From the NCBI GenBank assembly GCA_964491475.1, contig CAZBFO010000001.1, positions 110,720-174,719 of the forward strand: a DNA stretch of 64,000 bases, written 5' to 3'. The position numbers and the translations under genes are program-made. The notes beneath the pieces were generated by a model that was not told where the DNA came from, did no database searches, and saw nothing but the letters and a program-made list of their open reading frames with translations. The DNA is from an uncultured Gammaproteobacteria bacterium (lineage in GTDB: Bacteria > Patescibacteriota > Patescibacteriia > SG8-24). Position 1 is the first letter of the stretch, and every line of letters starts with the position of its first letter. Positions 47,577-56,700 of the stretch are shown in pieces.

Positions 47577-47999
47577 ATGGAACTCTACATTGACTCCAGC
47601 GACGACCTCATCGGCGACGAGCAGATGTACATGGAGAACATCCTCGACCACTCCAAGCATCCGCACAACGCCGGCACCATCCCAAACGCCACCTTCATGC
47701 ACCAGGAGGTCAACACCTCCTGCGGCGACGCCATCTCCATCTACGTGAAGCTGGCCGACGGCAAAGTGACCGACGTGAAGTTCGACGGTCACGGTTGCGC
47801 CATCAGCCAGGCAAGCGTGTCGATGCTCACCGACTTCGTGAAAGGCAAGACGGTCGCGGAACTGCAGGCGCTGACCAAGGAAGACATCTTCGGCCTGCTG
47901 GGAATCACTGTCGGCATGACGCGTCTCCGCTGCGCGTTGCTCGGACTCAAGACGTTGGAAATCGGACTCGCGGAACACCTGAAGGACTCTGGCACATAA
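47577..47999 (+). CDS. sufU: SUF-system Fe-S scaffold SufU/IscU-like (NifU family)
   Basis: Conserved Cys in SCGD, GHGCAIS, RLRCALL motifs. Confidence 0.85.
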   Translation: MELYIDSSDDLIGDEQMYMENILDHSKHPHNAGTIPNATFMHQEVNTSCGDAISIYVKLADGKVTDVKFDGHGCAISQASVSMLTDFVKGKTVAELQALTKEDIFGLLGITVGMTRLRCALLGLKTLEIGLAEHLKDSGT

Positions 48000-48011
48000 C
48001 TCTCCATCCCT

Positions 48012-48737
48012 ATGTCACTCAAAATCGCGAAACTCCACGTCTCCCGCGAGGGCAAGGAAATCGTCAAAGGCGTGTCGCTCTCCGTTGCGCCCGGCGAAGT
48101 GCACGCGCTGATGGGACAGAACGGCTCCGGCAAATCGTCACTGGCCAACGCGCTGATGGGCCATCCCAAGTACGCCATCACCGACGGCACCATCAGCATC
48201 GACGACGAGGGCCTGACAGCGCTCAAACCGAACGAGCGCGCCGCCAAGGGCCTGTTCCTGTCGATGCAGCATCCGCCCGAGGTCTCCGGCGTGACCGTGG
48301 CGCACTTCCTCCGCGTCATCACCACCACCGCGCGCCGCGAACCGCTCTCGGTTGCCGATTTCCGCAAGCTGCTGATGGAAAAGATGGCCGACCTCAAGAT
48401 CGACGGGGCCTTCATGCACCGCGGCCTCAACGAAGGCTTCTCCGGCGGCGAAAAGAAGCGCATGGAAATCCTGCAGCTGGCCCTGCTTGCGCCGAAATAT
48501 GCCATACTGGACGAGACCGACTCCGGCCTGGACGTCGACGCGCTCAAGATCGTCAGCGACGGCGTGAAGAAGCTGCGCGAGCAGGGGATGGGCGTGCTGC
48601 TCATCACTCACCACACTCGCATCTTGCAGGATTTGGTTCCTGACAAGGTCCACGTACTCAAGGACGGCCTAATCGTGGCCGAGGGCGGCTCGGAACTGGC
48701 CTCGGAAATCGAAAAGGAAGGATTCACCAAGTGGTAA
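48012..48737 (+). CDS. sufC: Fe-S cluster assembly ATPase SufC
   Basis: Walker A GQNGSGKS, signature FSGGEKKR, Walker B ILDETDSGLD. Confidence 0.9.
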   Translation: MSLKIAKLHVSREGKEIVKGVSLSVAPGEVHALMGQNGSGKSSLANALMGHPKYAITDGTISIDDEGLTALKPNERAAKGLFLSMQHPPEVSGVTVAHFLRVITTTARREPLSVADFRKLLMEKMADLKIDGAFMHRGLNEGFSGGEKKRMEILQLALLAPKYAILDETDSGLDVDALKIVSDGVKKLREQGMGVLLITHHTRILQDLVPDKVHVLKDGLIVAEGGSELASEIEKEGFTKW

Positions 48738-48747
48738 ACCGACACTT

Positions 48748-49038
48748 ATGGTCATCAAGGACGAAGTCATCGAAGTGCTGAAGAACACACTCGACCCCGA
48801 ACTCGGCATCGACCTGTACACTCTCGGGCTTATTTACGATGTCGACATGGACGAGAAGAACCAGAAGCTGGTCATCAAGATGACCTTCACCACGCCGCTG
48901 TGCCCGTACGGCCCGCAGATGGTCGGCGAACTCAAGAGCAAGTTCCGCGCGCTGGGCCTCGACGACGTCAAAGTGGACGTGGTGTTCGACCCGCCATGGG
49001 AACCCAGCGAGGAAGTCCGCGCGATGTTGGGGGTGTAA
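48748..49038 (+). CDS. sufT: SufT/DUF59 (MIP18 family) Fe-S assembly protein
   Basis: 96 aa with the TPLCP motif of DUF59. Confidence 0.8.
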   Translation: MVIKDEVIEVLKNTLDPELGIDLYTLGLIYDVDMDEKNQKLVIKMTFTTPLCPYGPQMVGELKSKFRALGLDDVKVDVVFDPPWEPSEEVRAMLGV

Positions 49039-49043
49039 CCCGA

Positions 49044-49071
49044 AAACGCTCCGATTACGGGGCGTTTTTTG
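49044..49071 (+). terminator. rho-independent terminator ending the suf operon
   Basis: AACGCTCCG-ATTA-CGGGGCGTT followed by TTTTTG. Confidence 0.7.
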
Positions 49072-49074
49072 CAT

Positions 49075-49103
49075 TTGACAGCATCGGGCCTGGCTGGTTA
49101 ATT
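49075..49103 (+). promoter_or_regulatory. sigma-70-type promoter (TTGACA-N17-TTAATT)
   Basis: Upstream of the coiled-coil protein gene. Confidence 0.4.
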
Positions 49104-49139
49104 GGCGGGCGTTTTCGTTCATGCTAACGTATAAGCGCT

Positions 49140-49520
49140 ATGCGAAACGAAGAGAAAATCATCGGGATGATTTCGGACTTGGGCAATCAGGTGAACCGCA
49201 GGTTCGACGCGCTCGAAGCCAAAGTCACCGGAATGAACGCGGATATCGGCGATCTGAAAACTGATGTTGCTAGCCTGAAGTCGGACGTCGCAGTGCTCAA
49301 ATCCGACGTCGCAGTGCTCAAATCCGACGTCGCAGTGCTCAAGTCAGACAATGCCGATCTGAAAGGCTCCCAAGCTGCCATGACCGAAGGCATCTCGCAT
49401 CTCTACGACCGCATGGACTCACTCGAGACGTACGTGCGCGAAAAGGTCGCCACCAAAGACGACCTCGCCGCCCACGGCTTCCGCATCACCAGGCTCGAAC
49501 GGCTTCAGGGCATAGCCTGA
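49140..49520 (+). CDS. coiled-coil protein with tandem heptad repeats (SDVAVLK x3 plus degenerate flanking copies)
   Basis: 126 aa. Perfect 21-nt tandem repeats encode KSDVAVL three times, flanked by TDVASLK and SDNADLK. Confidence 0.55.
   Translation: MRNEEKIIGMISDLGNQVNRRFDALEAKVTGMNADIGDLKTDVASLKSDVAVLKSDVAVLKSDVAVLKSDNADLKGSQAAMTEGISHLYDRMDSLETYVREKVATKDDLAAHGFRITRLERLQGIA
49260..49364 (+). repeat. 21-bp tandem repeat (about 5 units, 3 perfect) inside the CDS
   Basis: gtcgcagtgctcaaatccgac repeated three times exactly, with degenerate flanking units. Confidence 0.8.
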
Positions 49521-49537
49521 ACCAATAGGAGGACTCG

Positions 49538-49975
49538 ATGAAAATGCGACGCGAATCCAACGGCATCTACGTGGTCAGCCTCGAACGGGGCGACGACCTT
49601 CGTTCCTGCGTCGAAAAGATGGCGCTCGACGCTGACATCGTCGGCGGCCGCGTCACGGCCATCGGCGGGGTCGAGAACCCGGAGCTCGGCTGCTACGATC
49701 TGGCCACCAAGTCGTACTCGCGCAAGACCTTCAACGGCATCTACGAGCTGGTGTCGCTCGACGGCAACCTGACCATCAAGGAAGGCAAGCCGTTCCTGCA
49801 CGTGCACGCGGTCATCTCCGGTGCCGACTTCGTGGCGTACGCCGGCCACCTGTTCGACTGCAAGGTCGGACTGGTCGCCGAAATGTTCATTGATCCGCTC
49901 GGCGCGCCGCTGGCGCGCCTGCTGTGCGAAGACATCGGCCTGTCGCGCTGGGAGCCGCTGGGCGTCAAGCAATAG
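49538..49975 (+). CDS. PPC (DUF296) domain DNA-binding protein
   Basis: AGGAGG RBS; GIYVVSLERGDDL...GVENPELGCYD...KPFLHVHAVIS pattern of the plants-and-prokaryotes-conserved domain. Confidence 0.75.
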   Translation: MKMRRESNGIYVVSLERGDDLRSCVEKMALDADIVGGRVTAIGGVENPELGCYDLATKSYSRKTFNGIYELVSLDGNLTIKEGKPFLHVHAVISGADFVAYAGHLFDCKVGLVAEMFIDPLGAPLARLLCEDIGLSRWEPLGVKQ

Positions 49976-49983
49976 TCACGACC

Positions 49984-50259
49984 ATGAAGAGACTCTGGTT
50001 CAGGGCAAAGTACTACGGCTACGGCTGGTATCCCGCGACCTGGGAAGGCTGGCTTTCGATCGCCGTCTGGCTGGCAGCCGTCCTCGCCGGCATGCGCCTG
50101 TTCGTCGGCGCCACCTTGGCGGACCCCACCAACTTCTGGCTGACGTTGTGCTTCGTCACTTACGTCAGCCTGCTCACCGGAGCGCTCGTCCTCCTCTGCC
50201 TCAAAAAGGGCGAAAAGCCCGGTTGGCGCTGGGGCAAGCCGAAGGAGCCCAAAAAGTAG
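49984..50259 (+). CDS. small membrane protein (91 aa)
   Basis: Two TM helices; starts 9 nt after the previous stop; ends at a terminator. Confidence 0.4.
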   Translation: MKRLWFRAKYYGYGWYPATWEGWLSIAVWLAAVLAGMRLFVGATLADPTNFWLTLCFVTYVSLLTGALVLLCLKKGEKPGWRWGKPKEPKK

Positions 50260-50266
50260 GCGCTTT

Positions 50267-50296
50267 CCCGCCCCATAAGGCGGGATTTTTCTTTTG
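50267..50296 (+). terminator. rho-independent terminator
   Basis: CCCGCC-CCATAA-GGCGGG followed by ATTTTTCTTTTG. Confidence 0.75.
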
Positions 50297-50333
50297 TGCT
50301 AGACTGCAAGCAGAACCTCTAACCCGCACCCTT

Positions 50334-50573
50334 ATGGCGCACGCCGTCACCGTCTACTCCACGCCCACCTGCCCGTACTGCAAAATGGCCAAGAGTTTCC
50401 TGGCCGAAAACAAGATCGACTTCAAGGAAGTCGACGTCTCCATGGACGACAAGGCCGCCCAAGAGATGATCGACAAGTCCGGCCAGATGGGCGTGCCGGT
50501 CATCGACATCGACGGCAAGTTCATCGTCGGGTTCGACAAGGACGCGATGAAGGCGGCGTTGGGACTCCAGTAA
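50334..50573 (+). CDS. glutaredoxin-like protein (CPYC)
   Basis: VTVYSTPTCPYCKMAK...GVPVIDIDGKFIVGFD, classic glutaredoxin/NrdH fold. Confidence 0.8.
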   Translation: MAHAVTVYSTPTCPYCKMAKSFLAENKIDFKEVDVSMDDKAAQEMIDKSGQMGVPVIDIDGKFIVGFDKDAMKAALGLQ

Positions 50574-50578
50574 GCAGA

Positions 50579-50608
50579 AACGCCTCGCGCAAATGCGAGG
50601 CGTTTTTC
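50579..50608. terminator. bidirectional terminator
   Basis: AACGCCTCGC-GCAAAT-GCGAGGCGTT followed by TTTTC; lies between convergent grx and sodA. Confidence 0.75.
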
Positions 50609-50620
50609 AATTGCGTGAGT

Positions 50621-51205
50621 TTACTTGAGCCGCGCGGCCGCACGCTTCCAATCGACGTGCTCCCAGAAACCTTTGATGAATCCGGCGCGATCGTTGCGAT
50701 GGTCGATGTAGTAGGCGTGCTCCCAAACGTCCAGCGTCAGGATCGGCCTCTTGTCAGTGCCGACCGGCGTCTCCGCGTCCTTGTATTGGGCGATCTCCAA
50801 CGTGCCGTCGGCCTTCTGCACCAGCCAGGCCCAGCCCGATCCGAACAGCGTCAGCGCCTTCTGGCCGAACTGTTCCTTGAAGGCCTCGACCGAACCGAAG
50901 TCGCGCATAAGCGCATCCGACAGCGCACCTTCCGGACCGGAGGCAGTCGGAGCAAGGCACTCCCAGAAGAACGAGTGGTTCCAATGCTGCGCGGCATTGT
51001 TGAAGACGCCGGCATCCTTGCCGCGCGAGTCTGCGACGACCTCCTCGAGCGACATGGCGGCGCGGGGCGTGTTTTCGACTGCGGCGTTGAGTTTGCTGAC
51101 GTAGGCGGCGTGATGCTTGCCGTGGTGATACGAAAACGTTTCCGCGCTCGTCCAGGCGCCGAAGGCGTTCGGAGCGTACGGGAGTTCGGGGAGGGTGAAA
51201 GCCAT
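50621..51205 (-). CDS. sodA: superoxide dismutase (Fe/Mn family)
   Basis: FTLPELPY, HHGKHH, NNAAQHWNHSFFW, DVWEHAYY motifs. Confidence 0.9.
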   Translation of the reverse strand: MAFTLPELPYAPNAFGAWTSAETFSYHHGKHHAAYVSKLNAAVENTPRAAMSLEEVVADSRGKDAGVFNNAAQHWNHSFFWECLAPTASGPEGALSDALMRDFGSVEAFKEQFGQKALTLFGSGWAWLVQKADGTLEIAQYKDAETPVGTDKRPILTLDVWEHAYYIDHRNDRAGFIKGFWEHVDWKRAAARLK

Positions 51206-51324
51206 AAGTGACGGTGATGCGGACCAGCGTCCGCGTGCGGTCATACTAACCCCGCGGCACTTCACAGGCAAGGCGCGACGTGATAGCCTCGTGCTGCCTG
51301 CGCATTGCAAGGCGAGGAGACAGC

Positions 51325-51882
51325 ATGACCGAACAATGGAAAGACGCCGCGCGCCCGAAGTACCTCGGAGCCAACCGCGACAACATCTTCGCTGACTGGG
51401 ACAAGACCTACGGCTGCGGCCACTGGCGTCTCGCCTGGCGAGTCGCCGGCATTGACGTGGACTTTCAGGGTGCCTGCGCGCTGTACGAGGACGCCTACTT
51501 CTTCTACCTGCGTCAGCACCCGCTGACGCTGCGCCGCCTGCTCCGCGATGCCAGCAACGTCTACGACGACGCCGAGAGCAACGTGCACAGCGGCTTCGAC
51601 TATGCCAAGCAGGAAACCAACCGCACCCACGTGCAGGACATCGCCATCCGGCGCTGCGTCCTCCGCCACGGCAAGTGGTTCCAAGGCAAGGAGCTGATCC
51701 AGATCCGCGACAGCATGGGCAAACACCCGCTAAGCATGGAGCTGTCGCCCGGACAGGTGCCGTTCCACCTGCCGGACCTGATCGAGCCGTACGAAGACAC
51801 CCGCCGAAACGCCCAATGGTACAAGGTGGGCTCGGTAGAGGACTTCTACCAGCGGAATCGCTACCTCCAGATTCGGACCTGA
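51325..51882 (+). CDS. hypothetical protein (185 aa)
   Basis: GAGGAGA RBS; GC3 bias; terminator after stop. Confidence 0.5.
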   Translation: MTEQWKDAARPKYLGANRDNIFADWDKTYGCGHWRLAWRVAGIDVDFQGACALYEDAYFFYLRQHPLTLRRLLRDASNVYDDAESNVHSGFDYAKQETNRTHVQDIAIRRCVLRHGKWFQGKELIQIRDSMGKHPLSMELSPGQVPFHLPDLIEPYEDTRRNAQWYKVGSVEDFYQRNRYLQIRT

Positions 51883-51892
51883 CGCTCTTTTT

Positions 51893-51917
51893 ACCGCGCT
51901 GTTGCGCGGTTTTTTGT
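51893..51917 (+). terminator. rho-independent terminator
   Basis: ACCGCGC-TGTT-GCGCGGT followed by TTTTTTG. Confidence 0.75.
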
Positions 51918-51986
51918 TACCTGATGAGCGCGGCCCAAGGGTTGCCAAACCCAAAAAAGTGTGTTACCTTCGCACAGTTATCACCT

Positions 51987-53186
51987 ATGGTCGACACCAT
52001 CATCCTGCGGACAAATGAAATCTGCCTGAAGGGGAGCAACCGCGGCATGTTCGAGCGGCATCTTTTGAATGACCTGCGGGTCCGGCTGGCGCCCATCGGC
52101 ACGTTCAAAGTGCGCGCCGACCAGGGAAGCGTTTTTGCTTTTCACGAGGGTGCATTGAGCGAAGCGCAGATCGCGGCTGCAGCCGAAGCCGTTCGCACGA
52201 CTTTTGGCGTGGCCACGATTCTGTTTGCCGCGCGCGTCGCCAAAGACATCGAAGCGATGGGCGCCGCGGCGGAAGCGTTGATCGCCAAGAGGGGAAAGAC
52301 CACCTTCAAGGTGTTCGCCTCCCGTTCCGACAAGACCTTCCCCACGCAGTCGATGGAAATTGTACGCATCGTCGGCGCTCGGTTGCTGGCTAACGTGCCG
52401 GATATCACCGTCGACGTGCGCACCCCTAAGACTGACGTGGTGATCGAAGTTGCCAAGGAGTTCGCCTACGTCGCCGTAGGCAGCGAAGCGGGCGCGGGCG
52501 GATTGCCGGGCGGCGTCGCCGGCAAAGTCGTTGCCATGCTTTCCGGCGGCATCGATTCTCCCGTGGCCGCCTGGAAGCTGATGCGTCGCGGCTGCGTGCC
52601 GGTGCTGGTGCACTTTCACAGCTATCCCTACGTCGGCGCCGAGTCCATCGACAAGGTGAAGCGCCTCGCTGCCAAGCTCGACCGGTTTTTCCCCGGCCTG
52701 ACTTTGCATCTCGTGCCCATCGGCGACGCCCAGCGCGAAATCACCGTGAAGTCCGACGAGACCATGCGCGTGCTGCTGTATCGCCGCCTGATGTTCCGCA
52801 TCGCGGAGAAGATTGCGGCACGCGAAGGCGCCTACGCGGTCGTCACCGGTGACAGCGTCGGCCAGGTCGCTTCGCAGACCATCGAGAACATCTCTGCCGT
52901 TTCCGCCGTGACTACCATTCCGACGTACCGCCCGCTAATCGGCGACGACAAGGAAGACATCGTCCGTGTTGCCAAGCGCATCGACACCTACAAGACTTCC
53001 ATCGAGCCGCACGACGACTGCTGCACGCTGTTCGTGCCGCGCCGTCCGGCCACTCGCGCCACCATTGCCGAGCTCGATACAGAAGAAGCCAAGTACGAAG
53101 TGCATGCCTTGGTCGATGCCGCGCTGGCCGCGACCGAAACCGTCGCCGTCACAAGCACGCCCGCGCGTGCTACAGTAGCCGCGTAA
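51987..53186 (+). CDS. thiI: tRNA 4-thiouridine(8) synthase ThiI
   Basis: THUMP-containing N-terminus and PP-loop SGGIDSPVAAW. Confidence 0.85.
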   Translation: MVDTIILRTNEICLKGSNRGMFERHLLNDLRVRLAPIGTFKVRADQGSVFAFHEGALSEAQIAAAAEAVRTTFGVATILFAARVAKDIEAMGAAAEALIAKRGKTTFKVFASRSDKTFPTQSMEIVRIVGARLLANVPDITVDVRTPKTDVVIEVAKEFAYVAVGSEAGAGGLPGGVAGKVVAMLSGGIDSPVAAWKLMRRGCVPVLVHFHSYPYVGAESIDKVKRLAAKLDRFFPGLTLHLVPIGDAQREITVKSDETMRVLLYRRLMFRIAEKIAAREGAYAVVTGDSVGQVASQTIENISAVSAVTTIPTYRPLIGDDKEDIVRVAKRIDTYKTSIEPHDDCCTLFVPRRPATRATIAELDTEEAKYEVHALVDAALAATETVAVTSTPARATVAA

Positions 53187-53197
53187 CCGCCGCAATT

Positions 53198-53872
53198 ATG
53201 GGAACGCTCTACATCATCGCCACGCCCATCGGCAACCTGGAAGATGCCACCTTCCGCAGCATTGAGACGCTCAAAAAGCTCGATGCGCTTTTTTGCGAAG
53301 ACACGCGCGTGACCGGCCGCCTGCTTGAGCGCTACGGCATTCACGTCCCGATGCAGTCGTACCGCGAGGACAGCCACGGCCTGAAGTTGCCGAAGATGTT
53401 GGAACTGCTCCGCGCTGATAAAACCGTCGGCCTCGTTTCCGACGCCGGCACGCCGACCATCGCCGATCCCGGTTTCCGCATGGTGCGCGACGTGCTCCAA
53501 GCCGAACCGGAAACGACCATCATCCCGATCGCGGGTGTCTCTGCCGTGACCGCCGCGCTCTCGATTGCAGGCTTCTCCGCCGACCAGTTCACCTTCATGG
53601 GTTTTCCTCCGCACAAGAAGGGCCGCAACGGCTTCTTCAAAGAAGCGCTGGATCAGTCTCGCACCGTCGTCCTGTACGAATCTACCCACCGTATCGAAAA
53701 AGCGCTCGAATCCATCAACGAGCTCGCTCCCGAGAGAAAGCTGGTAGTATGCAGGGAGCTCACCAAGATGTTCGAGACGACCTATCGCGGTATCGCTGAG
53801 GAAATCAGCACGCAACTTTCAGCCACCAGCAGTAAGGGGGAGTTCGTCATCGTAATAGAAGGCAAACCTTAA
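53198..53872 (+). CDS. rsmI: 16S rRNA (cytidine1402-2'-O)-methyltransferase RsmI
   Basis: LYIIATPIGNLEDAT...FCEDTR tetrapyrrole-methylase-fold motifs. Confidence 0.9.
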   Translation: MGTLYIIATPIGNLEDATFRSIETLKKLDALFCEDTRVTGRLLERYGIHVPMQSYREDSHGLKLPKMLELLRADKTVGLVSDAGTPTIADPGFRMVRDVLQAEPETTIIPIAGVSAVTAALSIAGFSADQFTFMGFPPHKKGRNGFFKEALDQSRTVVLYESTHRIEKALESINELAPERKLVVCRELTKMFETTYRGIAEEISTQLSATSSKGEFVIVIEGKP

Positions 53873-53884
53873 ACAAGCCTCTGG

Positions 53885-54035
53885 CGAAGTCGCGGATGCA
53901 CTCATTGCGTCACCGCGGGTGGCAGGGGCTGGGGACCCCGCGAGCGCGCAGCGTCGCCCGCAGGCGACCGAGCACTCGTGGGGTGAGCCCCTGACACCCG
54001 CGGCACGCATATATACTCCACGCACACTCCGACAA
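53885..54035. repeat. palindromic intergenic repeat element, copy 2 (between rsmI and metG), inverted relative to copy 1
   Basis: 53911-54000 is the reverse complement of 44991-45080 with 1-2 mismatches. Confidence 0.8.
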
Positions 54036-54043
54036 GCACTTCT

Positions 54044-55558
54044 ATGAAAACCTACTACATCACCACCACACTCCCATACGTTAACGCCGACCCCCACATC
54101 GGCTTCGCTTTGGAAATCATCCAAGCTGATGCGCTCGCACGTTGGCACCGCCTCCACGGCGAAGAGGTCGTGTTCAACACCGGCACCGACGAGCACGGCC
54201 AGAAGATCTACAAGAACGCCATGGAAGCCGGCATGGAACCGAAGGCCTACTGCGACATGTACGCCGCCAAGTTCCACGGCCTCAAGGATGCGCTCAACCT
54301 TTCCTACACCAACTTCATCCGCACCACCGACGATTATCACGTCGCTGCCGCCCAAGAATTTTGGAAGCGCTGCGCCGCCAACGGCGACATCTACAAGGCG
54401 CGCTACCAGACCAAGTACTGCATCGGTTGCGAATTGGTCAAGACCGATTCCGAACTGGACCACGGCAAGTGCCCGATCCACCCGAAGCTGGAAGTGGAAC
54501 TTCGCGACGAAGAAAACTATTTCTTCAAATGGTCCAACTACGGCCAGGCGTTGCTTGATCTGTACTCGGCTCGCCCTGACTTCGTCGTGCCGTCCGGTCG
54601 CCTGAACGAGATCAACTCGTTCGTCCGCGGCGGGTTGCAGGACTTCAGCATCTCGCGCCTTAAGTCAGCGATGCCTTGGGGCATTCCGGTGCCGGGCGAC
54701 GACGAACACGTCATGTACGTGTGGTTCGACGCGTTAGTGAACTATATTTCGACCATCGGCTGGCCGATCAACATGGGCAAGTTCGAGGAGTTCTGGCCGG
54801 GCGTGCAGACTGCGGGCAAGGACAACCTCCGCCAGCAGTCGGCCATGTGGCAGGCCATGCTGATGTCGGCCAAGCTGCCGCCGTCCCAGCAGATATTCAT
54901 TCACGGCTTCATCACCGCCGAGGGGCAAAAGATGTCCAAGTCCACCGGCAACGTCATCAATCCCTACGACCTCGTGACGCAGTACGGCACCGACGCCGTG
55001 CGCTACTTCCTGATGGGCGGCATGCCTTCGTACGAGGACGGCGACTTCTCCAAAAAGCTGTTCGAAGAGAACTACACCTCGAAACTGGTGAATGGCGTCG
55101 GCAACTTGGCCGCACGCACCGCCACCATGGTCGAGAAGTATTGCGAGGGCAAAGTTCCCGCCGAACAGCCTGACCGCTTCGACACCTCCGCCTTCTGGAA
55201 GGACTACTCCGCTGCCCTCGATGCCTTCCGCTTCGACGAAGCCGCCCGCGTGTTGGAGAAGTACGTCACCGCGGTTAACCAAGCCATCGACCAGGAAGCG
55301 CCGTTCAAGAAGGCCAAGGAAGGCATCGACGTGTCACCGTTCATGTACCAGCTCGCCGAGGCCCAGCGCCACATCGGCATAGCCTTACTGCCGGTAATTC
55401 CGGCTGCCGCCACCCATATTCTTGGCCAAATTTCGGTCCGCCCCGAGGATGTCCTGCTGCCGCGCGATGCGCGGTGGGGGAAGCTGGTTCCGGGGACGAC
55501 GGTGGTAAAAAGCCCGATTTTGTTCCCACGCCTTCCTGCCGTCGACGCGTCCGCTTAA
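54044..55558 (+). CDS. metG: methionine--tRNA ligase
   Basis: HIGH-class motif (PYVNADPHIGF), KMSKS, zinc knuckle CIGC...CPIH. Confidence 0.9.
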   Translation: MKTYYITTTLPYVNADPHIGFALEIIQADALARWHRLHGEEVVFNTGTDEHGQKIYKNAMEAGMEPKAYCDMYAAKFHGLKDALNLSYTNFIRTTDDYHVAAAQEFWKRCAANGDIYKARYQTKYCIGCELVKTDSELDHGKCPIHPKLEVELRDEENYFFKWSNYGQALLDLYSARPDFVVPSGRLNEINSFVRGGLQDFSISRLKSAMPWGIPVPGDDEHVMYVWFDALVNYISTIGWPINMGKFEEFWPGVQTAGKDNLRQQSAMWQAMLMSAKLPPSQQIFIHGFITAEGQKMSKSTGNVINPYDLVTQYGTDAVRYFLMGGMPSYEDGDFSKKLFEENYTSKLVNGVGNLAARTATMVEKYCEGKVPAEQPDRFDTSAFWKDYSAALDAFRFDEAARVLEKYVTAVNQAIDQEAPFKKAKEGIDVSPFMYQLAEAQRHIGIALLPVIPAAATHILGQISVRPEDVLLPRDARWGKLVPGTTVVKSPILFPRLPAVDASA

Positions 55559-55646
55559 GAGTCGCTCCACCTTGACCGCACGGGCATTTTCTGCCATAGT
55601 GCGACGTTCTTTCTTATCAGTCACAGGCACCGAGGAGAAAAAAGAA

Positions 55647-56573
55647 ATGACGTCGAAAGCCGCCTTGATGACGGTCGAAAATGCGCAGCAGCAGACGCTT
55701 GCGGACCTGCGCCGACCGAATGAGCACGTCCAGTTCGGGCACATCTTTCTGACCTTGTGTCCCGACAGGCCCCTGGACCAGCTTTGTCTCGATGACATCC
55801 TGGATACCAACTGGCAGGGCGTCGAGACCGCCGTTCGTGACGCGATCGTCCGCGTATGCCACGAAGGAGACCTCTCGTCAGGGACGCTCCAGGATACGAT
55901 ACGTCTCGTCGCGCTGGCGCTGCGGAAACTCGAGTCCGAAGATGCCCGTCTCCGCCGATTCGTGGCAGAGCATCCTCGCGTCGGCCTCATAGCGTATCTG
56001 ACGGCGCTTTTCCCCGGACCAGTGGGCGAAAGCGTGCGCAAGGTCATCGCGGCACGGCGGAACGCCGCGGCAAAGATCGTGGAGTTTGCGTGCGTGCGTG
56101 ACCGACTGTTCGAGGCTCGCATCAAGCTGGCCGAAGAGGTCGACGAGTCCCTCGACGCGCTGCTCACCAACGAGAGCGCCGAGTATCGTGAGCTGCGGGA
56201 AAGCGTCCCGCAGCTCGGCGCAGTTGCCAAGACGGCGGCCGGAATCCTTGGGGAAATCAAGGAATGGGAGGAACTCGAAGTCAGCATTGCCGATCAAGAA
56301 GACCGTCGCATCGGTGACGCCGATGCGAAGGACACCAAGCGGCTCCAGCAGCTCGGCGGCAAGCAGGACGCGTATTGCGAGTTCGCTACCGCGCACTGCG
56401 GCCAAGAGATCAATGATCTCGGCACGGTAGAAATAGCGCTCCGACAGCTCGTCGCCGAGATCAAACGGAAAACCGAACCCGTCGAACTTCGCCTGCAGGC
56501 GATGCGAGATGCCCGAAAGCGAGAGCTTTACGGCCAGGCAGCGGCGATGTTCGACGCGACTACGAACGGCTAA
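55647..56573 (+). CDS. hypothetical protein (308 aa)
   Basis: GC3-biased ORF followed by a strong terminator. No recognised domain. Confidence 0.5.
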   Translation: MTSKAALMTVENAQQQTLADLRRPNEHVQFGHIFLTLCPDRPLDQLCLDDILDTNWQGVETAVRDAIVRVCHEGDLSSGTLQDTIRLVALALRKLESEDARLRRFVAEHPRVGLIAYLTALFPGPVGESVRKVIAARRNAAAKIVEFACVRDRLFEARIKLAEEVDESLDALLTNESAEYRELRESVPQLGAVAKTAAGILGEIKEWEELEVSIADQEDRRIGDADAKDTKRLQQLGGKQDAYCEFATAHCGQEINDLGTVEIALRQLVAEIKRKTEPVELRLQAMRDARKRELYGQAAAMFDATTNG

Positions 56574-56581
56574 ATACCGCA

Positions 56582-56612
56582 CCGACCGGATACGTCCGGT
56601 CGGCTTTTTTAT
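56582..56612 (+). terminator. rho-independent terminator
   Basis: CCGACCGGA-TACG-TCCGGTCGG followed by CTTTTTT. Confidence 0.8.
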
Positions 56613-56700
56613 GCACAGACGTGGCCGCCGACGACTCCGAAAGCCCAAAAAGTGCTATACTGCCAAAAGTTACCCGTTTTGAGCCCGAAGAGCATTCCCT

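Noticed and set aside
49260-49364. 21-bp direct repeats considered as a possible CRISPR array or satellite.
   Set aside because: Only about 3.5 contiguous units with no spacers, all in frame inside a coding sequence and encoding heptads. It is a coding tandem repeat, not a CRISPR.
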